64,000 nt of DNA from Escherichia coli (lineage in GTDB: Bacteria; Pseudomonadota; Gammaproteobacteria; Enterobacterales; Enterobacteriaceae), in assembly GCF_044324785.1 (NCBI RefSeq), contig NZ_CP172127.1; one strand, given 5' to 3'. Made by a program: the position numbers and the translations under genes. The notes beneath the pieces are model-generated. The model made no database searches, was not told the origin of the DNA, and was given only the letters and a program-made list of their open reading frames with translations. Shown here piece by piece: positions 12,222-25,640 of the stretch; the first letter of the stretch is position 1, and every line of letters begins with the position of its first letter.

Positions 12222-12747
12222 AACTAATACTCCATTACTTCATGCCCATTTATGCCCGATGGTTCCCCCCTTCCGGGGGATCAATCATCAATAAATATGG
12301 CGTTCTTTTTTAATTGGCTAGCAACATACCACCCCTCATTTGTATGACAAATGATAATCTTTCATCCAAACTTCAAATGCAATAACTAATTTTATTTCTT
12401 TCGGCATCGCTCACATTTTATAGGGAAATCGACGATCATTTTTGGCATAAGAAATCCATTTAAAAAGGCTACATCCCTTATACCTATTCAGTGCTACTTA
12501 TTCAGGGGTTATTGAGATATACACTGATGGTGTACAAACAAAATCACCAACAATAATTACGTATCAAGTAATAATCGGCATTTTATTTAATTGAAGCAAT
12601 TTAGTTTGCATTTTTATTTAAAAACTGAGCTAGAGTCCATCAGAAAAAATATATAAAGCCCAAACCACCGTTGGAAATAGAAATAGTTGAAAGGCTCACA
12701 ACTCCCGGAATGCGGATTATCTTTGCCCTGATTTCTGGCGGTTTTAT

Positions 12748-13602
12748 TCAGGGTGCAAGCTGTCTGACCCTTTCCCGATATTCTCCCGGAGTACAACCAA
12801 ACTCGCGGACAAACGCCTTGTGAAAAGAGGATTCACTGGCATAGCCTACTGACTCAGCGATCACCGCAACAGGGAGCGTTTCCCGGGAAAACATCTGGGC
12901 CGCTATTTGTAGACGCAACTTTGTTAATACAGACAGCGGCGTGGTTCCGGAAACATCACGGAAAAGCAGGGCAAAACTTGCCCGGGACATGTGGGCGATG
13001 CTGGCCAGCGATTCGACGGTCCAGGCGTGTCCTGGCATTTCCAGCATTTGCTGTATTACCGCACCAAGACGTGGATGCAGAAGCAAACTGAGAATGTTTT
13101 TCTCAGTATTAACCTGTGCAATCCACTCACGCACCGCGAGGATAAAGAATGTAGCGCAGATCTGGCTACACAGTGCATCCACTCCCGGCATTGCCGATCT
13201 GGATTCCTGTTGTAAAAACGGGATCGCCTCCCTCAGCCAGTTATATTCCACGCTGTGGTTAACCGGTGCTAAAAACAGCGTTTCCGGCAAAGACGTTAAA
13301 AAATAACGCGCCGAATGTTGCAGCCGAAGAGTGCCGCAGACAATACAGGTCGATTCATTATCGACATGACTCAGGCGATGAGCTGAATTTTGTGGTAGCA
13401 GGACCACATTTCCCGGGCGTAATGTAAAAATCTCCCCCGTCGGCATTTCCAGCTTCGCCGCTCCTTGCGTTAACGCATGCCAACGAATAACCGATAATTC
13501 CCCGGCACCATGTGGAAGCTGCCAGTCACTTCCTAACACGCAATTCTTATCGATCGTTCCTTGTGGAGCGTTAAGCATCAACAAACGGCTAAGGGCATCC
13601 AT
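12748..13602 (-). CDS. rclR: AraC-family reactive-chlorine-responsive activator
   Basis: 284 aa with a C-terminal AraC HTH. Divergent from rclABC. Confidence 0.8.
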   Translation of the reverse strand: MDALSRLLMLNAPQGTIDKNCVLGSDWQLPHGAGELSVIRWHALTQGAAKLEMPTGEIFTLRPGNVVLLPQNSAHRLSHVDNESTCIVCGTLRLQHSARYFLTSLPETLFLAPVNHSVEYNWLREAIPFLQQESRSAMPGVDALCSQICATFFILAVREWIAQVNTEKNILSLLLHPRLGAVIQQMLEMPGHAWTVESLASIAHMSRASFALLFRDVSGTTPLSVLTKLRLQIAAQMFSRETLPVAVIAESVGYASESSFHKAFVREFGCTPGEYRERVRQLAP

Positions 13603-13827
13603 ATCAGACTCCTGAGTGGTTTTTGATTACAAACACCAACAATCTTACACAATAATTAATCTAATACCATCAAATGGTTAATCATGGTTATTGTTTTTTG
13701 ACTCTGATTAAGAAAAAGAAAATACCAGACGATAAGACAAAATATCAAGCGTTGTGAAGAAATGTTATTTGCTCTTTTGCGTCTATAGTCATGATGTCAA
13801 ATGAACGCGTTTCGACAGGAAATCATC

Positions 13828-15153
13828 ATGAATAAATATCAGGCAGTGATTATTGGTTTTGGCAAGGCTGGAAAAACATTAGCCGTCACGCTGGCAAAAG
13901 CAGGTTGGCGAGTGGCTCTCATCGAACAATCAAATGCAATGTATGGCGGGACCTGTATTAATATCGGCTGCATCCCAACCAAAACATTGGTTCATGACGC
14001 ACAGCAGCACACAGATTTTGTCCGTGCCATACAGCGTAAAAATGAAGTGGTTAATTTTTTACGTAATAAGAATTTTCATAATCTTGCGGATATGCCCAAT
14101 ATCGACGTGATCGACGGCCAGGCGGAGTTTATCAATAATCATAGCCTGCGTGTTCATCGGCCTGGGGGAAATCTGGAGATTCATGGCGAGAAAATTTTTA
14201 TTAATACCGGTGCACAAGCCGTGGTTCCGCCAATTCCTGGAATTACCACCACGCCTGGTGTATATGACAGCACCGGATTACTTAATCTAAAAGAATTGCC
14301 TGGGCATTTAGGTATTTTGGGCGGCGGATATATTGGCGTTGAGTTCGCCTCTATGTTCGCTAATTTTGGCAGCAAAGTAACCATTTTAGAAGCAGCTTCG
14401 CTGTTTTTGCCTCGGGAAGATCGGGATATTGCTGATAATATCGCGACGATTTTACGCGATCAGGGCGTCGATATTATCCTCAATGCCCATGTGGAGCGAA
14501 TCAGTCACCATGAAAATCAAGTGCAAGTGCATAGCGAGCACGCCCAACTGGCGGTGGATGCACTGTTAATAGCTTCCGGTCGTCAACCGGCTACCGCTTC
14601 GTTACATCCAGAAAATGCCGGTATCGCAGTAAACGAGCGCGGGGCAATTGTCGTTGACAAGCGATTACATACCACCGCAGACAATATTTGGGCGATGGGA
14701 GATGTTACCGGCGGGCTGCAATTTACTTACATATCACTGGATGATTACCGCATTGTACGTGATGAGTTACTGGGTGAAGGCAAACGTAGTACTGATGATC
14801 GGAAAAATGTGCCTTATTCCGTATTTATGACACCGCCCCTGTCCAGGGTTGGTATGACAGAAGAACAAGCCAGAGAGAGTGGTGCTGATATTCAGGTGGT
14901 GACATTGCCTGTAGCTGCAATTCCCCGCGCCAGAGTGATGAACGATACCCGTGGGGTATTAAAAGCGATTGTTGATAATAAAACCCAACGTATATTAGGG
15001 GCATCACTGCTGTGTGTTGACTCCCACGAGATGATTAATATAGTGAAAATGGTGATGGATGCCGGACTGCCTTATAGCATATTACGCGATCAGATATTTA
15101 CTCATCCGTCGATGAGCGAATCACTCAATGATCTATTTTCATTAGTCAAATAA
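13828..15153 (+). CDS. rclA: Pyridine nucleotide-disulfide oxidoreductase, RclA
   Basis: 441 aa from MNKYQAVIIGFGKAGKT with the CINIGCIPTK redox-active disulfide. Confidence 0.85.
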   Translation: MNKYQAVIIGFGKAGKTLAVTLAKAGWRVALIEQSNAMYGGTCINIGCIPTKTLVHDAQQHTDFVRAIQRKNEVVNFLRNKNFHNLADMPNIDVIDGQAEFINNHSLRVHRPGGNLEIHGEKIFINTGAQAVVPPIPGITTTPGVYDSTGLLNLKELPGHLGILGGGYIGVEFASMFANFGSKVTILEAASLFLPREDRDIADNIATILRDQGVDIILNAHVERISHHENQVQVHSEHAQLAVDALLIASGRQPATASLHPENAGIAVNERGAIVVDKRLHTTADNIWAMGDVTGGLQFTYISLDDYRIVRDELLGEGKRSTDDRKNVPYSVFMTPPLSRVGMTEEQARESGADIQVVTLPVAAIPRARVMNDTRGVLKAIVDNKTQRILGASLLCVDSHEMINIVKMVMDAGLPYSILRDQIFTHPSMSESLNDLFSLVK

Positions 15154-15261
15154 ACTCAAAATCAGACGCCAGAACAAATATTCTGGCGTCTCAGAGAAAA
15201 GAATCTTATTAATTCTCTGTTACTCTATAAATTCTTAATCACTTCATTGATGGTATTTTAT

Positions 15262-15498
15262 ATGTTTAAAAAATCCGTTTTATTTGCAACACTATTATCT
15301 GGCGTTATGGCATTTTCCACCAATGCAGATGATAAAATAATTCTGAAACATATCAGCGTCTCGTCAGTATCAGCATCACCGACAGTTCTGGAGGATACCA
15401 TTGCTGATATAGCCAGAAAATATAATGCTTCATCCTGGAAAGTCACATCGATGCGAATTGATAATAATTCAACCGCAACAGCAGTATTGTATAAATAA
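15262..15498 (+). CDS. rclB: Small periplasmic protein, YdgH/BhsA-like (DUF1471)
   Basis: 78 aa from MFKKSVLF with a signal peptide. Confidence 0.7.
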   Translation: MFKKSVLFATLLSGVMAFSTNADDKIILKHISVSSVSASPTVLEDTIADIARKYNASSWKVTSMRIDNNSTATAVLYK

Positions 15499-15509
15499 GG
15501 ATGTTCACA

Positions 15510-16103
15510 ATGGAAAAATACCTGCACCTGTTAAGTCGGGGAGATAAAATTGGCCTGACATTGATTCGTCTGAGTATTGCGATTGTTTTTATGTGGATTG
15601 GGTTATTAAAGTTTGTCCCTTACGAGGCAGACAGCATTACACCATTCGTCGCAAACAGTCCACTAATGTCGTTCTTTTATGAACACCCGGAAGACTATAA
15701 ACAGTATCTGACTCACGAAGGCGAATACAAACCAGAAGCAAGGGCATGGCAATCGGCCAATAATACCTATGGTTTTTCCAACGGTCTTGGCGTCGTGGAG
15801 GTGATTATTGCTCTGCTGGTTTTGGCTAATCCTGTCAATCGCTGGTTAGGTTTATTGGGAGGGCTGATGGCATTTACCACACCGTTGGTAACACTCTCAT
15901 TTTTAATCACCACCCCGGAGGCATGGGTACCCGCATTGGGTGACGCTCATCATGGTTTCCCTTATTTATCCGGTGCTGGTCGCCTGGTATTGAAAGATAC
16001 TCTGATGCTGGCAGGTGCTGTCATGATAATGGCAGATTCGGCGCGGGACATTCTTAAACAACGCAGTAATGAATCCAGTTCAACGTTAAAAACTGAATAT
16101 TGA
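15510..16103 (+). CDS. rclC: Inner-membrane protein RclC (DUF417)
   Basis: 197 aa from MEKYLHLLS, multi-TM. Confidence 0.8.
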   Translation: MEKYLHLLSRGDKIGLTLIRLSIAIVFMWIGLLKFVPYEADSITPFVANSPLMSFFYEHPEDYKQYLTHEGEYKPEARAWQSANNTYGFSNGLGVVEVIIALLVLANPVNRWLGLLGGLMAFTTPLVTLSFLITTPEAWVPALGDAHHGFPYLSGAGRLVLKDTLMLAGAVMIMADSARDILKQRSNESSSTLKTEY

Positions 16104-16262
16104 TAATCCGAACACTGTCTGTTGTTCACTTTTTCAGGCGTCAGGCCCCCTTTCTGATGATGAAGCCTGACGCCATATTACTGGAGATATGACAGAGTGA
16201 AGATCAATATCACTCCCCTGTTAAAAGATTCTTGTCGTCTCAGGTAAAATACATGATTAATA

Positions 16263-17132
16263 TCAATCATGTATTTTTACAGCAAGACAACCACGAACAA
16301 ATTCAGGATTAAAATGTTTTACCGACTCCCCAACATAACCCAAATCAAGCGAACTAATTTGTGCCATTTCTTTCTCTGTCAGTGAGAAATCCCAGATAGC
16401 AAAATTTTCTTCGATACGCTGTTGATGTGTCGATTTCGGAATAACGACCACTCCCCGTTGAATATTCCAACGCAGAATGACTTGAGAAATCGATTTTTGA
16501 TGGGCATCTGCAATACTCTGAAGCAGATTATTTTCAAAGGGTTTATGTCGTCCACCACCTAACGGAGCCCATGCTTCAGGCTGCACGTTATAATACTTCA
16601 TGGTTGCCAGCGCCTCTGGTTGGGCAAAATAGGGATGCAACTCGACCTGGTTGACCATCGGTTTAACTCTTACCGTTTCACAAAAGTTCGCCAGAACATG
16701 AGGATAGAAATTGGAAACCCCAATTGCTTTTAATTTGCCCTCTTCATAGGCATCTTCGAGTGCACGCCACGCACTGAAATAATCGCGCATAGCCTGGTGC
16801 AATAAATAGAGGTCGAAGTATTCTAGTCCCGATTTTTTTAATGACGCTTCAATACCTGCTTTTGCCGTATCCTGATTCAACATATCCTGCACCCACAATT
16901 TAGACGTTATAAATAACTCATCTCGGGTACATAAACCTTCAGATATAGCTTCACGAACGGCTTCACCGACGGCATCTTCATTACCGTATACCGCTGCAGT
17001 GTCGATGAGTCGATAACCCGTGCGGATAGCGTTCAACACTGACTGTTTGCACACGTTTTTATCGGTAACCTGAAAAACACCAAATCCCATCATCGGCATT
17101 TTCAGATTGTTACTTAATACGGAAAATTCCAC
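16263..17132 (-). CDS. Aldo-keto reductase, paralog 1
   Basis: AKR signatures present ([14 protein letters not shown], the LYLLHQ catalytic segment, IPKS). Likely GTG start after GGAGG. Divergent from ykgA. Confidence 0.8.
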   Translation of the reverse strand: MEFSVLSNNLKMPMMGFGVFQVTDKNVCKQSVLNAIRTGYRLIDTAAVYGNEDAVGEAVREAISEGLCTRDELFITSKLWVQDMLNQDTAKAGIEASLKKSGLEYFDLYLLHQAMRDYFSAWRALEDAYEEGKLKAIGVSNFYPHVLANFCETVRVKPMVNQVELHPYFAQPEALATMKYYNVQPEAWAPLGGGRHKPFENNLLQSIADAHQKSISQVILRWNIQRGVVVIPKSTHQQRIEENFAIWDFSLTEKEMAQISSLDLGYVGESVKHFNPEFVRGCLAVKIHD

Positions 17133-17347
17133 TGTCAGTCCCTCCATTAGGCATGAACAATGAGTCTACGTTAAAACGTAACCTCAAATTAGTATGTGGA
17201 TTTTGATATCACTTATGCAAAAAATTCATTAATAATGTAGGGTTGAAACCTCTCTATTTTCGGGGACAACGAAGCAGACGCTATCAGTGCTTTTGCCTTG
17301 CGCCTTGCTGTTTTTGATACACTTAGGGCCCAGGACATAACGAAAAT

Positions 17348-18238
17348 GTGCGATATGACAAAGAATTAACGGAGAATGTGATGATCAGGCAGAAGATTCT
17401 ACAGCAGCTCCTGGAGTGGATTGAGTGCAATCTTGAGCACCCTATTTCAATCGAAGATATCGCACAGAAATCTGGCTACAGCAGACGCAACATCCAGCTT
17501 CTGTTCCGAAATTTCATGCATGTGCCTTTGGGAGAATACATTCGCAAACGAAGGCTTTGTCGTGCCGCCATTCTTGTCCGGCTCACCGCGAAATCTATGC
17601 TTGATATTGCACTTTCTTTGCATTTTGATTCACAGCAGTCATTCAGCCGCGAATTTAAAAAGTTATTCGGCTGCTCTCCCCGTGAATACCGCCACCGTGA
17701 TTATTGGGATCTCGCAAATATCTTCCCTTCTTTTTTAATACGTCAACAACAAAAGACGGAGTGTAGATTAGTCAACTTTCCTGAGACACCTATTTTTGGC
17801 AACTCATTTAAATATGACATTGAAGTGTCGAATAAATCACCGGATGAAGAAGTCAAACTGCGACGTCATCATTTATCCAGATGTATGAATAATTTTAAGA
17901 CGGATATCTATTTCGTCTCCACGTTTGAACCGTCAACAAAATCGGTCGATTTGCTCACGGTTGAAACTTTTGCCGGTACGGTATGCAAACAAACCGATTC
18001 AGAGATGCCGAAAGAGTGGACAATTAACCGAGGACTGTATGCCTCTTTCCGCTATGAAGGTGAGTGGGAGCACTACCCTGAATGGGCGCGAAACCTCTAT
18101 CTGATGGAATTACCTGCCAGGGGGTTAGCCAGAGTGAACGGCAGTGATATTGAGCGGTTTTATTACAATGAAAACTTCGTCGAAATTGATAGCAATAACA
18201 TTGTTTGCGAAATTTTTATCCCCGTTCGTCCGGTTTAG
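17348..18238 (+). CDS. ykgA: AraC/XylS-type regulator with GyrI-like C-terminal effector domain; full-length YkgA
   Basis: N-terminal double HTH of MarA/Rob type plus a C-terminal GyrI-like domain. An alternative start at MIRQK (17381) is possible. Confidence 0.7.
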   Translation: MRYDKELTENVMIRQKILQQLLEWIECNLEHPISIEDIAQKSGYSRRNIQLLFRNFMHVPLGEYIRKRRLCRAAILVRLTAKSMLDIALSLHFDSQQSFSREFKKLFGCSPREYRHRDYWDLANIFPSFLIRQQQKTECRLVNFPETPIFGNSFKYDIEVSNKSPDEEVKLRRHHLSRCMNNFKTDIYFVSTFEPSTKSVDLLTVETFAGTVCKQTDSEMPKEWTINRGLYASFRYEGEWEHYPEWARNLYLMELPARGLARVNGSDIERFYYNENFVEIDSNNIVCEIFIPVRPV

Positions 18239-18358
18239 TTGTCGCTAAATCTAAGTGAATATATAACGAGACTACTGTCAGGAAATTCAATAAATAATGG
18301 CGTTGAATATGTCAACGCCATTAATGTTTATTAGAATGCTACTTTCATATTCTTAAAA

Positions 18359-21300
18359 TTATTTCATCGCCTCCTCGTCCTTTGCCGTATCGGCATCCAC
18401 CGCGGTAATGGTCACCGTCACTGGCTTCATTTCGTACCCGCCATACGTCAGGGCGTTAAATGTGAACGTATAGACACCAGGCTTGCTGGTACTAAATTTA
18501 CGCGTGATTTTTCCGCTCACGAAATGGTCATTTTTCGACGGCAGGAATTGATAATCCTTCTCCGTCACTCCTTCCGGAGCCTCAATGTCGACCCACACAT
18601 TCCCGCCAACAGGGTTATTTGCCGAGAACAGGGTCACCTCCAGCTTCGCAGTCGATTTCCCATCCGCCACCAGCGATTGCACATCAGATGATGCGGTGAG
18701 CTCCGCGTTTTTATCATCCGCGACGAATTTAGATTCGGCAGTTTTCGTTGATACCTGACCGTTGGTCTGACTCACTTGCGCCTTGAGTGTGTATGTCGCC
18801 GCAACAGTAGTGGTAGCGGTGAAAATAGCCTGCCCTTGCTCATTCGTTGTCGCAGTGCCATTCGGTTCCAGGTTTAACGAAGCCGGGCTGGCAGTCAGCG
18901 TCACGTCGCTATCTTTCAACAGGTTGTTATTGGCATCAGTCACCGTAACTTTATACGTCTGTTTGGCTTTGCCGTCCGCCAGCGCATAGTTGCCAATCAC
19001 CTCAATACCGGAGACGGTTGCGGTAGTCTTATCGGCTACAAACGTTATAGTCTGCGTATTCGAAGGCTGGCTATTCCCTGCCGATGCCGTGATCTCATAC
19101 GTTCCGGCAGTCACTGAAACCACCTGCAACTCTGCTTTCCCCTCATCGTTGGCTTTCACCCAGACATTATCGCCAGTAAGCGGCTTGACACCCCGGGGCA
19201 GATTAAAGGTCACCAGAGTTCCTGGAACAGGGTTACCGTTTTTATCCTCAACGGTCGCCGTCAGCGTAAAGGCATCTTTGCCGTTTGCCACTTTTTGAAC
19301 GGCGGTGTCTACCTGCAGGTTTGCCTGACCGGTGCTGGCATCCGCGTTGAATTTCACCGTGACCGTCTTCTGAGAGTTTTTCACCACGGCCGCGATTTCA
19401 AGTTCCCCTGCAACGGTTGATATCAACTCAATATCCGCTTTCCCTGCCGCATTGGTTGTTACTGTATTCCCCGTCTTGCTGGTCACACCCTGCGGTAAAG
19501 TCAGCGTAACTTCTTGCCCCTGCAACGGGTTACCATAGCTGTCCACGACGGTCAGGGTTACCTGGTTAGCAGACTGTCCATTTGCCAGTTGGTTATTCAC
19601 CTTCACCGCCATATCACTGATCACTGCCCGGGAAGCGTCGCCTGCAACATTCAGCACCAGTGGCTGAGCAACGGCATTTTGGCCGTTCACGCGCGGCATG
19701 ACTGATAGCTGACCTGCAGCCGATCCCAGCGTTAAGGTCGCCACGTAGACCCCATTACTTTGCTCTGTCCAGCTTCCTGCTGAAGGTCGCGCTGATCCCG
19801 TGCTGGCGGCACCGCTAAACACTGGTGCATCTGGCTTCAGCCCGGTGACCGGGTTCCCGTACGCATCCTTCACGGTGAAGGTGAGTTCCGTCGTCGTTTT
19901 AACCGTTGGAGTCTTATTGTCCGCAACAAGCGTAGAGTTCGCTGATGACATCTCCCCGGCGATGACCGTCAACTGCGCGGCTTCGGTGGCTGCTGGCTGG
20001 CCGTTGAAGAGAGGCATGACACGAAGCTCGCCCGTCTTTCCGCCTGTGGTCAACGTAGCAACATAGTAACCGTCACCTTTTTCGGTCCAACTGGAAATAG
20101 TCGCCCCTTCAGAGGCGGTCCCCGTCAAACTTGCCGACAACGAAAGACCACTGATAGCGTTGCCATGCGCATCTTTCGCCACCAGCGTCACGGTTGTGCT
20201 TTCGCCTGCTTTTACGCGATCTGCGGCTACAGACACTGTCGACTGGCCTGAAGATAACGCATCAGCCACCACGGTTACTTTTGCCGCGTTTGCTGCCGCA
20301 TCCTGTCCATTTAGCTTCGGCATAACTTCTAATTCACCCGCCGTAGAGCCGAGAGTAATCTGCGCAGTCCACGTCCCATCACCATTATTTGTCCAGCCAG
20401 ATGCCGTAGAACCTACAGCAGCGGCACCCGCTAATGACGGCGCTTCCGGCGTGAGGCTGGTCACAGGGTTGTCATTGGCATCTTTTGTCGACCAGATTGC
20501 CGTAAGCGTACCGCCGACCACCGGTTTATCAGGATTCAGGGTGATGGACGAATGTGCTGCATCAAGCGGCCCGGCAACAAACTTCAGCGTTTGTTGTAAT
20601 GTGCCCAGCTGATACTGCTCGCTGAAGGCACGCACAACAACGTTTCCGGCACGGGTCGAAGAAACCGTGGCGCTGTAAACCCCAGGTTTTATTTCCGAAA
20701 TGGCACCAACGGTAACACCATTAGTGTCTTGCGGAACAAGTCGCAGGCGGCTGGCTTCTCCCGTCACCGGATTACCCTCGGAGTCCACCGCAGTCAGCGT
20801 CAGCGTGTAGGCTTGCTGACCATCAGCAACCACGTCACCTGACGGCTCGTTAGCGCTCAGGGTGGAGTTTGCCACATCCATCATCGTGGCCCGCAGTTCT
20901 GCAGTGACGGTTTTGCTCATGCCATCAACGCTAACAGTAATCGTTGCCTCACCTGACTGCGTTCCGGTCGTAAAGACAGACTGGTACACCCCTGCTTCAG
21001 TTTCGGTGAACTCACCCAGTGTGGGCTGTGCCTGTGATTTAGTGGCCTTCAGGGTACGAGTCACAATATTTCCAGCCGGTTTGAAGGTTAGTTCAGTCTT
21101 GATCTGCTCCTTCATGCCCGTGACTGGCTGGCCCTCGGCGTCGCGCAGAGACAGCACCAGCGGCTTTTGCTCATTACCGTTAGCAAGCATTTGAATACGG
21201 CTCTGACCGTCAAGCGTTAACGCCGTGCGATCGGCGCTCATACCAGCTCCGGTAATAACCACTTCTGTCTGCACACGTTTCGAGGCATTACCTTTCTTAT

Positions 21301-22612
21301 CGTAGGCAACTGCTGAAATCGCATAATAATTGTCTTTGCCTGGACGGTAAGCCGGGAGCGTTACTTGCCACTGACTACCCTGACCGGTAATTTTGCCACC
21401 TTCAGCCAGTAATGACGGCGCTTCCCACTGCACATTTTTCAGTCCGTGAGTTGCTTTGCTCACCACAAGTCCCAGGGAAAGTGTCTGACCGCCCTTGCCT
21501 TCAATACGCTCAGGCAGAGCAATACGAATCACTTCAGATTTGCGGTACTCAAGAACGATGTTGTTATTACGCTCAACCAGGTCATAGCGGCTGCCTGCCA
21601 GCATTCGACGCTCGCGAATGCTGTCTGTATCGAGTTGTTTTTCCAGAGGTTCGCCAATTCGGTAGTTAACTTCCAGGCCAAAGCGAGTGTCATTCTCACC
21701 ACTCTTGCCCTGCTTATGCCCGGCGCTCAGTGTCAGAAGAGGCACTGGTGTATAGGTTACCTCGGCAGAAATAGCATGCGGGTCTTTCTGGCGTTTATCT
21801 TTACCAAACAGCCCGACTTCATCGCCATAATACTGCTCATACATCAGGCTTGCGCCAAGCTGCGGCCAGGCAGGTAAATAGCCCTCAGCACGAATATCCC
21901 AGCCATTCGCCGGGCGTTCCTGATAATCCTCAACATCCGGCGATTTTTTCCAGCCAGAAGCCCGGATATAACCATTGGCGCTCAGTTTCAAATAATCACG
22001 CCAGTATTCCGCACCAACACCAATGCGGGTATGACTACGGGATAAATCATGATCGATAAAAGTGTTCACCCCCGCCATCCAGTCATTTCCTGAAAAATGA
22101 CGCCAGCCAAAACCAATATTTGACTGAGTACGATCGTCGGTACGATGTATTGCCCCCTGAGTGAACAACATATTTGTCGGCGTGTCATAAATCGGATAAA
22201 GCATTTCCAGCGAAGAGTCCTTCAGCGAGAAATCTTTATCGACATTCAGTTTGACGCGCGCAGTACCATATTTCCCGAGCCACTCCTGTATTTCCTGGTT
22301 AGCTTTAGCTGTGGCCATTCCGGTAATAAAGTTACGTGTCGCATCGCTATCTGGCTGACTGCTTAAAAATGTCCCGGCATTTGCGGCAAACGACGCGACA
22401 TTTTTCTCCACGTTATTATCAGCAGTTACCGTAGTATTTCCCATGCTCAACCGTGGCTGAACCGCATGCTGCGCACGTGCCGCCATTACTGGGGTAAAGG
22501 TGACAGCGAGTGGAAAAAGAACCTGAACAGAGATATTTGCCCACGCCACGCAGCGGGCCAGAACTGAATAACGAAATCGTGGTTGTTTATGACCTGTTTT
22601 ATAACGTGACAT
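18359..22612 (-). CDS. eaeH: Intimin-like inverse autotransporter adhesin with multiple bacterial Ig-like (Big) repeats
   Basis: 1417 aa with an N-terminal beta-barrel/LysM-like region followed by many ~90-aa Big repeats. Matches FdeC/EaeH and is uninterrupted, unlike K-12. Confidence 0.85.
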   Translation of the reverse strand: MSRYKTGHKQPRFRYSVLARCVAWANISVQVLFPLAVTFTPVMAARAQHAVQPRLSMGNTTVTADNNVEKNVASFAANAGTFLSSQPDSDATRNFITGMATAKANQEIQEWLGKYGTARVKLNVDKDFSLKDSSLEMLYPIYDTPTNMLFTQGAIHRTDDRTQSNIGFGWRHFSGNDWMAGVNTFIDHDLSRSHTRIGVGAEYWRDYLKLSANGYIRASGWKKSPDVEDYQERPANGWDIRAEGYLPAWPQLGASLMYEQYYGDEVGLFGKDKRQKDPHAISAEVTYTPVPLLTLSAGHKQGKSGENDTRFGLEVNYRIGEPLEKQLDTDSIRERRMLAGSRYDLVERNNNIVLEYRKSEVIRIALPERIEGKGGQTLSLGLVVSKATHGLKNVQWEAPSLLAEGGKITGQGSQWQVTLPAYRPGKDNYYAISAVAYDKKGNASKRVQTEVVITGAGMSADRTALTLDGQSRIQMLANGNEQKPLVLSLRDAEGQPVTGMKEQIKTELTFKPAGNIVTRTLKATKSQAQPTLGEFTETEAGVYQSVFTTGTQSGEATITVSVDGMSKTVTAELRATMMDVANSTLSANEPSGDVVADGQQAYTLTLTAVDSEGNPVTGEASRLRLVPQDTNGVTVGAISEIKPGVYSATVSSTRAGNVVVRAFSEQYQLGTLQQTLKFVAGPLDAAHSSITLNPDKPVVGGTLTAIWSTKDANDNPVTSLTPEAPSLAGAAAVGSTASGWTNNGDGTWTAQITLGSTAGELEVMPKLNGQDAAANAAKVTVVADALSSGQSTVSVAADRVKAGESTTVTLVAKDAHGNAISGLSLSASLTGTASEGATISSWTEKGDGYYVATLTTGGKTGELRVMPLFNGQPAATEAAQLTVIAGEMSSANSTLVADNKTPTVKTTTELTFTVKDAYGNPVTGLKPDAPVFSGAASTGSARPSAGSWTEQSNGVYVATLTLGSAAGQLSVMPRVNGQNAVAQPLVLNVAGDASRAVISDMAVKVNNQLANGQSANQVTLTVVDSYGNPLQGQEVTLTLPQGVTSKTGNTVTTNAAGKADIELISTVAGELEIAAVVKNSQKTVTVKFNADASTGQANLQVDTAVQKVANGKDAFTLTATVEDKNGNPVPGTLVTFNLPRGVKPLTGDNVWVKANDEGKAELQVVSVTAGTYEITASAGNSQPSNTQTITFVADKTTATVSGIEVIGNYALADGKAKQTYKVTVTDANNNLLKDSDVTLTASPASLNLEPNGTATTNEQGQAIFTATTTVAATYTLKAQVSQTNGQVSTKTAESKFVADDKNAELTASSDVQSLVADGKSTAKLEVTLFSANNPVGGNVWVDIEAPEGVTEKDYQFLPSKNDHFVSGKITRKFSTSKPGVYTFTFNALTYGGYEMKPVTVTITAVDADTAKDEEAMK

Positions 22613-23162
22613 TGAGATAATTTCCTGATGAACGAATTAACGAACATAGGCAGACACAAATAGTGGCGTCTGCTTGTCAGAAAAACCGGGAAATCCCCGA
22701 TTTCCTTTTCCGCAGAAAAGGAAATACCTTTATGTAAGAAAGTACACCGCCACCTAATATATCCAGTGTCTGTAGCCACTCATCAGGTGGTTGGGCGCGG
22801 GATTATATTTTTATTTATGGGTAAAAATTTAGCTTTTTGTGCAAGTTATTAAATAGATACTTAAGTTATATTTCTTACTCTGCGGGCAGTGAATAATTCA
22901 TTATTAAGAGTGAATAATAATGACCTGTCTTTAATTAATCGCTATTGGGAATACGTCGAAGTAGGTATATACACCAGGATAAACCAATATATTTTTTATG
23001 GATATTCATTTTCCTTCATCAGACTGTGAATTGCAGGGATATCGAACTTGCACGACTCATCGCAACACTCAAACAGATTTATGAATTTCGTTCATAACCC
23101 CTGACAAATCCTGCCGTCTAATCGAGCTTTTCCCTTTACGTTATGCTTCTCATGAACGATAA

Positions 23163-25154
<1,992 letters not shown>

Positions 25155-25433
25155 CTAAACTTTCAGGAGATTTATTATGAATAAACGTACCCTCACGATT
25201 GTGCCATTCTTCTTACCGATATTCTGACACACATCATTAACTTTCTATTTTTACTCTTTTCTCCACCATAAAATCAATAAAAGCACTAACAGTAATTATA
25301 AATAAAAACAAAGCCAAAAATCTTGGTTCCAAAGCTGGTAACAACTAACCAGTTTAAATATACGCATCAAAATCAGATAAATATTTGAGGTATTGTCATA
25401 ACAAATAAACACCTATCACTGTTTTCTCCTTTT

Positions 25434-25640
25434 ATGCTGACAGAAAAAATAAAGCCATGTAATCGTATCGTTATGGCTCCTATGACGACCTGGTCAGCTA
25501 ATCCTGATGGAACCATCTCTGAGCAAGAACTCGAATATTATAAACGTCGCTCACAAAATATTGGTTTAGTAATTACAGGATATACCTATGTCACGCCAAG
25601 GAAATTCAGACATCTAGAGGAACTGGCTGGTTTCCGTTAA
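25434..25640 (+). pseudogene. N-terminal fragment (about 60 aa) of an OYE-family NADH:flavin oxidoreductase
   Basis: IVMAPMTT and the substrate-binding N-terminus typical of NemA/OYE. The ORF stops after 68 aa with no continuation. Divergent from the LysR gene. Confidence 0.5.

Noticed and set aside
18783..21877. Several ORFs of 68-150 aa on the plus strand inside eaeH
   Set aside because: They lie antisense to a long, well-supported adhesin gene with strongly repetitive sequence. They are shadow ORFs with no RBS or homology.
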